Below are positions 13,082-24,210 of a DNA stretch of 64,000 nucleotides, one piece after another. The DNA lies in the NCBI GenBank assembly GCA_907165135.1, contig OU015567.1, positions 11,780,001-11,844,000 of the forward strand, given 5' to 3'. Each line of letters opens with the position of its first letter. Positions within the stretch are counted from its first letter, which is position 1. A program made the position numbers and the translations under genes. The DNA comes from Oikopleura dioica (lineage: Eukaryota; Animalia; Chordata). The notes beneath the pieces are model-generated. The model was not told the DNA's origin, ran no database searches, and worked only from the letters and a program-made list of their open reading frames with translations.

Positions 13082-16020
13082 ATGGATGTGTCGAGGCAAG
13101 AAGTAGAACAGGAACGTGTTTAGCTTGATAATTTACTAAACTTCGACATGAAACTAATTTAAAGATATTATGATGACAATGTCAGTCTTAACATTGAAAA
13201 CGAAAAAATCTCAGGGTAAAAATGGATTGTTGATGAACACGAAAAAGATTTCAAAAGCGTTTGCTGATGAAGAGTTTCACGAAATTTTCCAGGAATAATA
13301 GGGCTCGCCACTGATTTTATTGCAAAATTTCGTCAAGGAAATGATTCCAAACAAGAATCTTCTGACCATTTATCGAGTATTTCAAGTGGCAAGCCCAAAC
13401 AAAGACTGCCTAGAACTTGGAAAGCCGGAAATAAACGCTGCATATTTGCAAGAAAATGCGGAAATGGAGAAAGCAAATGGAGTGCACGCCGAATTTATAC
13501 ATCCACATCCAGTGTAAGTTTAAACCTTCCACTGATAAACCTCTTACTCCATTCTCCTTAAAACCTTATAAAAAAGGGACACCGTAGATAAGGGTCTCCG
13601 CAAGGGATAATTCGGAAACGATAGGTCATATCTAGCCACGGGAGAAAGTAGCCGTAGATTTCAATTGAGCCCGTTCAAGCCTCGCTGAAAGCCCATTCTA
13701 GTCACTCTCTTCAACTGGAAATCATGCCACCGGAAGTTTCAACATTGCACACAGCGTATTTGAACATCGCTCAAAATAAAATGGTCGCCCAGTCAAAATG
13801 CGAAAGGGATAAAGATGGCAACCGCGGCCTTCTATGGCACCTTCCACATACGATCTCGCCTCCGCGTGAAGACTTTTACGATGGAAAAAGTGGCCTCAAA
13901 TTTAGAATTTATGATGTTGTCTTTCATCCAGATACGATTAGAATGGGCAAAACGAACTCGAACTTTATGACCATGCTTCATAAATCAGCAATAGATGCAG
14001 TTTCGTCTAATTTTAAAGGTTCAGGTCGTAAAAACAAATATCCAGCTTAAAATTTTATCGTTTGACACTTTGATTACCCGTCCAAATTCTCGGTGTTCGC
14101 TAGATACCCTCGAATAATTATCCTCCTGTCAAAGTGTCAAACGGCCAAACACATAGTTAGGCATTTTATCGGATTATGTTCTAATGAAGACCTTTGTAAA
14201 AGTAAAGGTCAGTCCTAAATACGAGCAAGTAATGGACAGGTCGTACGTGGGAAAAGAAGAAACCTGCGTCCTGACAACTCCACTTCCCGCACCCGAAGCA
14301 ACAAAAACTCCCCGACCAAGTTCAAGGGGAAAGCCAAGCAAACTCAACCCAAAGAAAGAAGAGGAGATTCGTGAGGATTTGCAAAAATTCATGGAGAACA
14401 GGCCTGGTAGAACAAAGGGTAAAGTGGTGACGAAATCGACATTGAGAACACGATGGGATGGAAAAGCAGGAGTCAATGATGATGGAACGTTGAGTCCGCG
14501 ATGGCAAATTAAGGAAGGCTCTTCGAAATTTCGAAAATTTTAAACAATTCTTTCTGATATATTTTTGCTGAAAAAGCGTAATTTAATCTGTCTCGGAATG
14601 TGCAAAAATGTACGTGAAATGCATGAAAATTCCAATTCCAAGAGCCAATTTACAGCAGTCTAAAAAGATGGACTTGACGGATTTCATCTCTAGCCCGCAA
14701 TGTAAGCCAAAATCCTTTACAAGAAACTTAGACCATTACATAAATTCTAGACCCAGATTCGGACAAGAAAGATGATCTTGTCGTGTCAATTTGGCTACCG
14801 GACTTAAACTCAGCGAAAAACGTGAAGATAGATATTGCCGAGAAGACATTGACTCTTGAAACGACCAACGAGCCGAAGTTATACTGTGCTAAAATTTCAC
14901 TTCCGTACAACGTCGATTCTAAAGTCGGTAAAGCGGTGTTCAGAAATGCCGAGGTAAATTTTTGCGGGGTGCTCAAAGCTTGAAAATAGGGATTTAGCAA
15001 ATTCTCGAGATCAAATTACCCATCGCGATGAACAAGCTTTCTTTTGACGATGCTGTGAACAATATTGAGCCGCCTGAAATTCCGGATGATTCGTCTGAGA
15101 AGAGGGGGCCCAGACTGGACTTGACAGAAAAGGAAAAGTTGCATTAACCATAGGGTATGGACCATAGCAAGTTCTCATGTATTGGTACCAATCTTCTTGA
15201 CTCTAACGCCAAGATTCGGATTACCATTTTCGGCGGTTCTGAATGTCAATTTTGCATCTTTAAAAAGGAACTTGAAGAGGAAATCCGCCGCATCAGCAAC
15301 CAGCCGCACTGCTCGTTAGCTGAGCTCATCCCCGCTCACAATTTGTTTCTTCCTGACTTCAAGGCGAGCGAGTCTGAACGATGGTGTCTATTCGAGATCA
15401 ATGTCTCAGGTACAGTCAAGTTGATTGATGGAACAGCCGCCATCAGTTGAACTTGAACATGAATCTCGCGTGACTAAAGCTTGTTTTAGAAGTGCCATTT
15501 GATATGGAAAATGACTGTGAAATCACCGAAAACGGGTTCCACCTTGCTAACAAATTTGATCCTGCAATAGAAAACATCGGCCTTAATGTAACCATTGGTA
15601 ACGGTGGTGTCAAGATTGATGAATGCCACAAGTAAGTGCTGATTATCAATTTATAAACTTACGAATTTCTAGGTACACGCACCGACAATTTGCACCTGGC
15701 AAGAGAGTGCTCGAAGTCAAGCTGAGAAAAAAGAATGATGGACTCTTGAAGCATTTCAACATGGGAAAAACAAGAAACTCACTCGATTCGTACCGTTTTG
15801 ATGCTCTTATAAGCGACCGACAGGTACTTTATATGACTGTATAAAGATTCAAGAATTCCAAAAATATCCTCAACTAATAATCTAGGTCGAAGGTGACCGA
15901 TCATTACCGCAGCAAAACGAGCCCGCTGTCTGGCTGCCCACGTCTAAGGCCGGAACTCCGATTAAAGAGCGTGCAGTTTTGAAGGCTAATCGAGGGAAGA
16001 AGAAAAATTACCGATGGTAG
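13082..16020 (+). CDS. DNAAF2: Kintoun / dynein axonemal assembly factor 2 (PIH1 + CS domains), multi-exon
   Basis: ISKAFADEEF, FIHPHP, WHLPHTISPPRED, YDVVFHPDT, PKYEQ, CS domain IWLPDLNSAKNVKIDI...LPYNVDSKVGKAVF and a C-terminal EVKLRKK...GKTRNSLDSYRF. The 5' exon structure is uncertain. Confidence 0.85.
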
Positions 16021-16206
16021 GAACTTTCAAAAGTAGCGAAATTCACACACCACATGTCTTCAATTAAAAGTGTATCATGTATCTGCCTTCTTTGAGAATA
16101 AACAGTATCTTTTATTTTCATATTTATACGTTTATACAGTGAATATTTGTTCTTCTGTTATCTCGTCTCGCTTTATAAGGCTAATTTGCAGTAAATAGGC
16201 AGCTAA

Positions 16207-17333
16207 TTAAAAAGTTACAAGCCCAGTCCTTAGAAGGGTCAAGCGCTGCAGAAATTCCCTCAGTGTATCATGCCACTTGTCCGGGTAGTCGGTGTAGAAA
16301 TGATTACTGCCCTCGAGCTGCATGATCTCGCAGTTTGGCATTTTCTCGAAAAGCTCACTGAATCGTTTCCCCGTGTTCTTATCCTTTGTTCCGTAGACGT
16401 ATAATGTGGGGACCAAGACTTGAGAGAATGTTGAGGGGCCGTAAGCATTTGCGGTGGCAGGTGTCAGTGCAATAAAGGCCGCAAGCTTTTCAGGGTCTAA
16501 GGAGATAAATTCAGCACCCTCCAGCTTTATCGAAAACTCGGATTATTCAATAACCTTCTTATCTTTGCAAGTTTAAGTTGATGATAAAAAGTGTAGACTT
16601 GCCGATGTCTAATCGACACGGGAAGGATTGAGTTAGAATATCGCCTCGATAAATAAAAGTACTTACTTTGTAGAACATATGGCAACGCATAAGCTCCTCC
16701 AACACTTGCAGCGATTAAAATAATTCTAAAGCAGGTTCTTATCAGCGCTCTATTGTTAGTATGCTAGTTGAGAAAAGAACCGGATCTTTTATCGTCAAAA
16801 ACTTTTAATTCGAAAATGAGGTTGATAAGATAAGCAAGCTTGTTTTTCGGCACCGGCACGGATTTTGAGTCTTTATAAGAAGGTAGATCCACCGCGATTG
16901 AAGATAGATTCATGTCATTTTTCAAAAACTCGAGTGTGCCTATTGATTCCCACGTTTTTGAAGAAAATGCAGATCCATGGAGGAGCAGAGCAACGAGATC
17001 CTCTCGGTTTTCTTTTGCTAGCGATAATTACGAGTAGCCTAAAACAGCCGATGATCTAATTATACGATCATGATGCACTTCTGTAACATGAACGTTAGCC
17101 AAAAACATAAGTACCCCCTTGACTTGTCTGTGGGTTAACGTATTTTACGCATTTCCTGGGGCCACCACTGAACGATAGAACGTGCCATCCTTGAGCCGGC
17201 CGCCAGTGACAGGCGTTCCATCGGTCAAGCTCCCCAGCTCCCTCTCACGGTGGTAAAAGTATTCAGCGCCAAAATACAGGGCAACTCCAAGGTAGAACAG
17301 GCCAACGGCGGCTAGTCTCTCCTGGTTAGACAT
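16207..17333 (-). CDS. ABHD14A: Alpha/beta hydrolase domain-containing protein 14 (ABHD14A-like, with N-terminal TM segment)
   Basis: TM segment, then TFYRSV, LLLHGSAFSSKTWESIGTL, AVDLP, IAASVGGAYALP, VPTLYVYGTKD and H-x-Y-x-D-x-P-DKWH. Confidence 0.85.
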
Positions 17334-17721
17334 TTTCTCTTTTCATTCTTTTAATATCACTCGGTTGCTTAAATATTTTTTTTCTTTGCAAAATTCTATT
17401 CTAACCCACCTAGGTGAAATTCGCATATTTTTTTCGCTGCTCTTTTTATCGGTAAAGTTTCAAATTTTTGCGGATAATGAGACGCATGCCGGTTATGCGG
17501 TAACCGAGGAGAACTCAATACCGATCGGTTCCCCCCGGCAGGACCAGATAATCCCCTCTTCACTTTTTGTTATCTGCTACTTGCTTATCATAATAATCGC
17601 TCTCTCAAGTTTGAGTCAAGTTGGAGTGGATCATTTTGAGATTTGAGCAGTCAGTTTACTTGCAGTTCGGTATTTTTATATTTTGAAGTTTTATTCAACC
17701 TTGAATCAGAAAAGAAAAAAG

Positions 17722-18254
17722 TTACTGTCGGCTACCGCAGTCGACGTTCTGTGGCCAGTCGCAGACGAGAAGATCGGCGTTGAAAAGGAGACCTTCTGGA
17801 CAGGGCTGGTCAGGCCATCGGTGTCCGTGAGAGCACTAGAAAGTATGTTTTAGATAAGCATGGATCAGCCTTGGTTTATGTTTTTAAAACACTTGCGCGT
17901 TCGTGCTCGCTTGATTCAAGTACTCAAGAGCATCGCACTTACCTGGTAGTAAGCATCGCATTTGCTCTCGTGAGCGTGGACGCCATCAGCGCATTCTTTA
18001 TCACAATCGACGTTTTCGGGCCAGTCGCAGACGAGGAGATCTGGGTTGAAGAGAAGTCCTTCTGGGCAGCTCTGATCGGGCCATCGATTTCCATGAGAAC
18101 ACTGAATAAATTCTTATCACTTGAACTCAAAACTGCAGTTTACCTGGTAGAACTTGGTGCAGTCGGATTCATGAGGATGAACGCCATCAGCGCATCCAGT
18201 TGATTTCACAGCAGGGCTAGCAAAAGCAGCGGTGATAAAAGCAAAAAGTTTCAT
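17722..18254 (-). CDS. Secreted protein with two tandem chitin-binding type-2 (peritrophin-A) domains, 3 exons
   Basis: Signal peptide MKLFAFITAAFA, then two C-ADG...C-xx-(F/Y)YQ|C-SHG...CPEGLLFN...CDWP repeats. GT-AG introns at the same position in each repeat. Confidence 0.9.
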
Positions 18255-18314
18255 TCTTGGCTTTTTCAAGTTCCGTTTTCCTATGGGAGTACGCAGAATG
18301 AGGAAGAACCATGG

Positions 18315-18321
18315 TTTATAT
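18315..18321 (-). promoter_or_regulatory. TATA box (ATATAAA) of chitin-binding gene 1
   Basis: About 60 bp upstream of ATG 18254 and conserved in the paralogous promoter (ATATAAG, 23183-23189). Confidence 0.5.
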
Positions 18322-18717
18322 TCTGAGATTTGACATTTACTCTCGTTAAGCCGTTTCCGTTTCATGCGTAATAACAGTACAGCAAGACTTTGCTTTATGG
18401 CCGCATGCGCAAATTGCGGCTCGAAATTCGTTAGAAACAGTCTTTGTTTTCACCTTGAAACAAGAATCTTGCTATTTTTATTTCAGCAGTTTATAATTTC
18501 AATTTCGCTATGAGAATGTGCAATTCTCCTACAAGGGTCACGAAATAAAGTTTCGAAATTTATTGAAGCGAAAAAAATAAGCAGGTGTTTTTAATGTCTA
18601 CCGGAAAATTTTCCTTCGGCTCCATTAGAAAAAAATAAAAAAAAGTCTCTAGACCCCCTTCGTGTTTTTGTAAAAACAGCGATTTGAGTGTCAGATTCGC
18701 AGAAATCCCAATAAGAG

Positions 18718-20029
18718 ATGGAGCAAGTTCAGGCGATTTACCAGGATATCAGCGAGCGGCTAACGTACTGTATGACCGGATGGAAACCAAAGCATCCATT
18801 TGACTTTTTCGACTTGCGACGATTCGAGTTCATGAAAGACTCCTACAAAGGCTTTGATCATTTCTGGTGGTTCGAGGATCACAGATATGCAATGATGTCA
18901 AGCCTTGCATACCTCTGTAAGTTAACATTTGTATGAGAATGGCATTCAATCATCATTTTTAGACATTGTTGTCCTCCTCGCACCTGCTTGCCTCGGAAAC
19001 GGATCTAAGGAAAGGTTAAAAATATCTTTTTGACCAACGATCCCAAAATACGAATATAACGAACCCTTTAAAGCCACTGAAAATCAAATGGTTCATAGTG
19101 CCATATAACTTCGCACTAGTAGCCTTCAATGCGTACATCTTCTTCGAGTTCTTGGCATCTGGTTGGGCCACAACCTACAACTTGGGCTGTGTTAACGCGA
19201 AACCATATTCTTACGACGAGCAATCGAATCGAATGGCGAATGCAAGCCTCCTCTACTTTATCTCCAAACATATTGAATTTATGGACACGGTAAGGAATTA
19301 ATTTAGGTTTTTCATCTGAAATCTCTTTAGTTCCTCTTCATCGTCATGCAAAAATGGAGAAATGTCTCGACCCTTCATATTTTCCACCACAGTTCAATGG
19401 CCTATGCAACCTGGTGGACTACGAAATTCGCACCAACTGGATACGGAACTTTTGGCCAGCTCCTCAACTCATTTATACATGTCCTAATGTATTCCTACTA
19501 CGGACTCGCTGCTCTAGGAAAGTGCTTCATTACGTAATAAGGAAATCATTAAACGAATTTCATAAAAAGCAGAATAAAGGCCCACAGCTTCGTCCTTACC
19601 TCTGGTGGAAGAAATATTTGACCAGCCTTCAAATGGCAAGTTTACTTTTCAACATCCGAATTTCCTAATCGAAGCTTCTGTTTTAGATCCAATTCTGCAC
19701 CGTCATCGCCCACATGACCAACATCCTCTGTAATCATCCAGGCTGTCAATACCCGATCGGCCTCAACATCCTTCAGGAATTGTTTCAAATTCTTAAATCT
19801 TCCCAAAATTGCAATCAAGGAAGAGTATCAATTTGAAACAAATCCTACAGCTCGGATTGTGCGCAATCTTCCTTGGAATGTTCGCTCAGTTTTACCGTCA
19901 AACTTATAAGAAGACCCCAGTCAAGGAAGTTGCTGCAAAGAAATACGCTGAAGGTAACTTACTTATAAATTATCTTTCAACAAAAAATCAGTAGTGCGAG
20001 GCGAGCCAGAAACGAAGAAAGTTCAATAA
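18718..20029 (+). CDS. ELOVL: Very-long-chain fatty acid elongase (ELOVL1/4/7 group), 8 exons
   Basis: KHIEFMDT, LHIFHH histidine box, NSFIHVLMYSYY, PYLWWKKYLTSLQM and a C-terminal KKVQ ER-retrieval-like motif. Keeping the frame requires 3 GA-AG and 1 GC-AG introns. Confidence 0.92.
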
Positions 20030-20193
20030 TCAACGCTGAAATTGCCTTTGCCAACACCTTTTTATTTATCATTATGTATCTCAACTGTCTTATTATTCGA
20101 TTTTTTTTATTTGAAAGTTTTATTAAAGCTTGAATCAAAAAAGAAAGAAGTTATTGTCAATTTCCGTGGGATGGGTCAACAGTATCGCAGGGT

Positions 20194-20983
20194 TTAGCTT
20201 TCGGGGAAGGTCTGGTGGTAGAAGTTTCTTACTCGAAATCCAGTGGCAGAGTCGTGGAAGTCATTGGAGACATCGACGAAGAGATCGCCGCTGAAGGCAT
20301 CTACCACGTCTACAATTCTAGTGACGAGAACTTCGTCATCAATGGACATTTTGAGCTCAAGAGTGTCTTTAGTGTCCGTGTATCGCTGTTCGACCTGATA
20401 TTTGTTCCACTCGCCAACTTTACAGCTTGGATAGTAGTTCACCATGAAGTTTCCACCATTTTCAACATGACCGGAGTTCTTGAGCGGAGCGCTGAACTTC
20501 ATGGTGTCAGCACCGGCAAAAAGAGCAAAATATCTGTCACCAAAGACGTCCCACTGGCTGCCAGCGTTGATGTGGATGATGTTTTGCCAATCATCAGGCG
20601 TTTCTCCGCATTTGACTTCAGCGGACACTTTGAAAGCGGGTGAGCCTGTTGTAGTGGCAATATTGTTGTTTCTGGATGGAGTCATTCCACAATTATCGAC
20701 GAAAGCTTGGCAGTTTTCTTTTCCACTGCATGGATCAGCCGATTCGGGCCAGTCGCAGACGAGGAGATCTGGGTTGAAGAGAAGCCCTTCGGGACAATTT
20801 TGGTCAGGCCATCTTTCACCATGAGAGCACTGAAGAAGGTCTTCTGTATCTGATGTCAAAGCTTCTGCTTACCTTATAAAATTTAGTGCAGTCGGTTTCG
20901 TGAGGATGAACGCCATCAGCGCATCCGGTTGATTTGATAGCAGGGCTAGCAGAAGCAGCAGCGACAAAAGCAAAAAGCTTCAT
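20194..20983 (-). CDS. Secreted protein: one chitin-binding type-2 domain fused to an unrelated ~170-aa C-terminal domain, 2 exons
   Basis: Exon 1 and the first domain are nearly identical to 17722-18254. After CDWPE the sequence continues intronless into FKVSAEVKC...WQNIIHIN...GDRYFALF... Confidence 0.85.
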
Positions 20984-21022
20984 ATTTGCTTTTATCGAGT
21001 TCCTTTTACCTATAGGAGTATA

Positions 21023-23156
21023 CAGGGCTCTAAATAGACTAGTCCGGGCTCGGACTTAGTCCGAAGTCCGTCCGGTCTAGTCCGGCCGGACGGACCAGAC
21101 TTCTGATTTTTGGCTGAGAAAATTTTCGGACTAGACCAGACCAGACTTGCCTTTTTCGCCGGACTTAGTCTGAAAAAGTCCGAAAAAGCTGGACCACTTT
21201 CAGACTTATGTTTTACTCCGAAAAGTCCGAGAAGTCCGAGAAAGTCCGAGAAGACTTGACCACTTCCAGACTACTTACAGACTTATTTTCAGACCAATTA
21301 AATCCGAAAAAGTCCGAAAAGTCTTCATTTTTCTAAGTGAAACCCTTAAGATAACATCATACACTTGATGCGGTGCCCTTTAAAAGGGTCTAAGCTTAAT
21401 TTTCATCAAAAAAAAATTGATCAGTTAACGCCGAAACGCATATGCGACCAATTAATTGGTACAAGTCCCTTTAATGCCTTATAACCAGGGCTCTAAATCT
21501 GAGGCGAAAATCAAAAGTCCGGTCTGTCCAGGTCCGGGCACTTGGCCGAAATTTACAAGTCTGGTCTGGTCTGGTCCGAATTGGAAAACTCGGACTTTAA
21601 GTCTGGTCTAGTCCGGGAAAAGTCCGAAAAAGTCCGAAAAAGTCTGGTCCGAGAAAAAGCCAAAAATCCGGTCTAGTCCGGTCTAGTCCGAAAAAGTCCG
21701 AAAATTTTTCGAATAAAATACAACAAAAACTCGATTTTTTCGAAAATTTCAAATACGTAATAAGTTTAATTGAAAATATTTTTCAAGCATTTATATCATT
21801 ATGATCACCTTAACGCCGGAACGCATAAAATTTTTCAATGTTTAACGCAGATCGTACCAATTAATTGGTATGCCCATTTTACCACTTTTTAATAATGAAA
21901 CTATTAAGTTAACTCTATAAATGATACAGATAAATAGTTCTCAGACGCTTAGCTTTAATTTCATCCCCATATTATACCGATATGATAACATAAATATGAG
22001 TAAATATGCATATTTCTAAATGTGCCGATTCTCACGTCAATAAAGAAATAACCTTTCAAAAGAGGAAAAATACCTGAGTTCAGTTATAAGGCATTAAAGG
22101 GACTTGTACCAATTAATTGGTCGCATATGCGTTTCGGCGTTAACTGATCAATTTTTTTTTGATGAAAATTAAGCTTAGACCCTTTTAAAGGGCACCGCAT
22201 CAAGTGTATGATGTTATCTTAAGGGTTTCACTTAGAAAAATGAAGACTTTTCGGACTTTTTCGGATTTAATTGGTCTGAAAATAAGTCTGTAAGTAGTCT
22301 GGAAGTGGTCAAGTCTTCTCGGACTTTCTCGGACTTCTCGGACTTTTCGGAGTAAAACATAAGTCTGAAAGTGGTCCAGCTTTTTCGGACTTTTTCAGAC
22401 TAAGTCCGGCGAAAAAGGCAAGTCTGGTCTGGTCTAGTCCGAAAATTTTCTCAGCCAAAAATCAGAAGTCTGGTCCGTCCGGCCGGACTAGACCGGACGG
22501 ACTTCGGACTAAGTCCGAGCCCGGACTAGTCTATTTAGAGCCCTGCTTATAACTGAACTCAGGTATTTTTCCTCTTTTGAAAGGTTATTTCTTTATTGAC
22601 GTGAGAATCGGCACATTTAGAAATATGCATATTTACTCATATTTATGTTATCATATCGGTATAATATGGGGATGAAATTAAAGCTAAGCGTCTGAGAACT
22701 ATTTATCTGTATCATTTATAGAGTTAACTTAATAGTTTCATTATTAAAAAGTGGTAAAATGGGCATACCAATTAATTGGTACGATCTGCGTTAAACATTG
22801 AAAAAATTTTATGCGTTCCGGCGTTAAGGTGATCATAATGATATAAATGCTTGAAAAATATTTTCAATTAAACTTATTACGTATTTGAAATTTTCGAAAA
22901 AAAAATCGAGTTTTTGTTGTATTTTATTCGAAAAATTTTCGGACTTTTTCGGACTAGACCGGACTAGACCGGATTTTTTGGCTTTTTTCTCGGACCAGAC
23001 TTTTTCGGACTTTTTCGGACTTTTCCCGGACTAGACCAGACTTAAAGTCCGAGTTTTCCAATTCGGACCAGACCAGACCAGACTTGTAAATTTCGGCCAA
23101 GTGCCCGGACCTGGACAGACCGGACTTTTGATTTTCGCCTCAGATTTAGAGCCCTG
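21023..23156. mobile_element. hAT-type non-autonomous element (outer copy, ~1.07 kb once the inner copy is removed)
   Basis: Terminal repeats CAGGGCTCTAAAT / ATTTAGAGCCCTG. 8-bp TSD GGAGTATA at 21015-22 and 23157-64. The paralogous empty site is at 18286-93. Confidence 0.93.
21486..22545. mobile_element. Second copy of the same hAT-type element (1060 bp), inserted in the opposite orientation inside the first
   Basis: Same terminal repeats. 8-bp TSD CTTATAAC at 21478-85 and 22546-53. The inner copy carries the uninterrupted site (GTTATAAG at 22083-90). Confidence 0.93.
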
Positions 23157-23280
23157 GGAGTATAGAGAAGGGGAGAGCCAGAGCTTATATTGTAAAATTT
23201 GACATTTACTTTCATTAAGTCGTTTCCGTTTCCGTGGGTAATAATAGTGCATGAAGATTTTGCTTTATGGGCCATAAATT

Positions 23281-23393
23281 ATGGCCTAAGTTCATTTTTT
23301 GACATCCGAATTTCTTAATCCAAGCTTCTGTATTAGATCGAAATCTGCTGACTTGGCTCACATGATCAACATTCTCTTCAATCATCAAGGCTT
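23281..23393 (+). pseudogene. Degenerate remnant of a duplicated ELOVL (intron 5 / exon 6 portion)
   Basis: Aligns to 19633-19744 (ACATCCGAATTTC.TAATC.AAGCTTCTGT.TTAGATC...CACATGA.CAACAT.CTCT..AATCATC.AGGCT). It is preceded by a copy of the 18286-18403 promoter. Confidence 0.75.
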
Positions 23394-23979
23394 GATAGAT
23401 GAAAATGACTTCTGCGGAGCAAAATCGGGACCCCAATATTTTCTTTTCTCATCTTGTAGCGCAGGTTCTGATGAGTCGAATGGTACAATTTTGATGTGTC
23501 TAAGCCACGGAAAATCGCCAATTCTAGTGCCTAAAGTACCTGAAAATGTCAGGTCATGTCCCCCTGTATCTCCGAAAATTTTCAGAAATATATGGAGATT
23601 TTGGTATCGTTAGAAAGCCCAGCTCAAACTGGTTATGAGCACCAGATGCGCAATAGAAAATTCCGAAAAAAAAATTTGGGTGAAAAGTTTTTGTCTCAGA
23701 AAAAAATTTTTCCCTAGAAATTTTTTCTTGCACACCTTGTGCTCATAGCCAGTTTGACGTGGGCTTTCCAACGATACCAAAATCTCAATAAATTTCTGAA
23801 AATTTTCGGAGATGCAGGGGGACATGACCATTTTCCAAAGGGGGGCCCTTATGACGTCATATGTGATGACTCAGACCCTCAAAACTATACCATTCGACTC
23901 CTTAGGAGTTGCTCTTTCTAATGAGCACAGGGAACATGGGGGGTAGAATTTTGCTCCGCAAAAGTGATTTTCATGTATC
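23394..23979. mobile_element. 586-bp imperfect foldback element with a candidate 4-bp TSD (GCTT)
   Basis: Ends GATA(G/C)ATGAAAAT(G/C)ACTT(C/T)TGCGGAGCAAAAT. Inner arms GGTCATGTCCCCCTG...TATGAGCAC / GTGCTCATA...CAGGGGGACATGACC. GCTT lies at 23390-93 and 23980-83. Confidence 0.75.
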
Positions 23980-24210
23980 GCTTTCTGAGATCGCATTTGT
24001 TGATATTACATTTTTTATAATGTACAAAAGGTATCCTCTCCAAGGAGATTTTCAAGGGACTCGGAGGTAATTCTTTTTAAATAAGCGGAAGCAAAGACGT
24101 AAACAATGAATCTCGCTGAAAAAAATATATTTATATTTTTTAATAACGGAAATAAAACGGAGAGTGAGCAGCTTTGCTTAGCTTCTCAGAGTACAAAACA
24201 AATTATCATT

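Noticed and set aside
21030-21330. CRISPR-like or satellite interpretation of the short AGTCCG repeats
   Set aside because: There are no constant repeat-spacer units. The motifs are subterminal repeats inside a TSD-bounded transposon in a eukaryotic genome.
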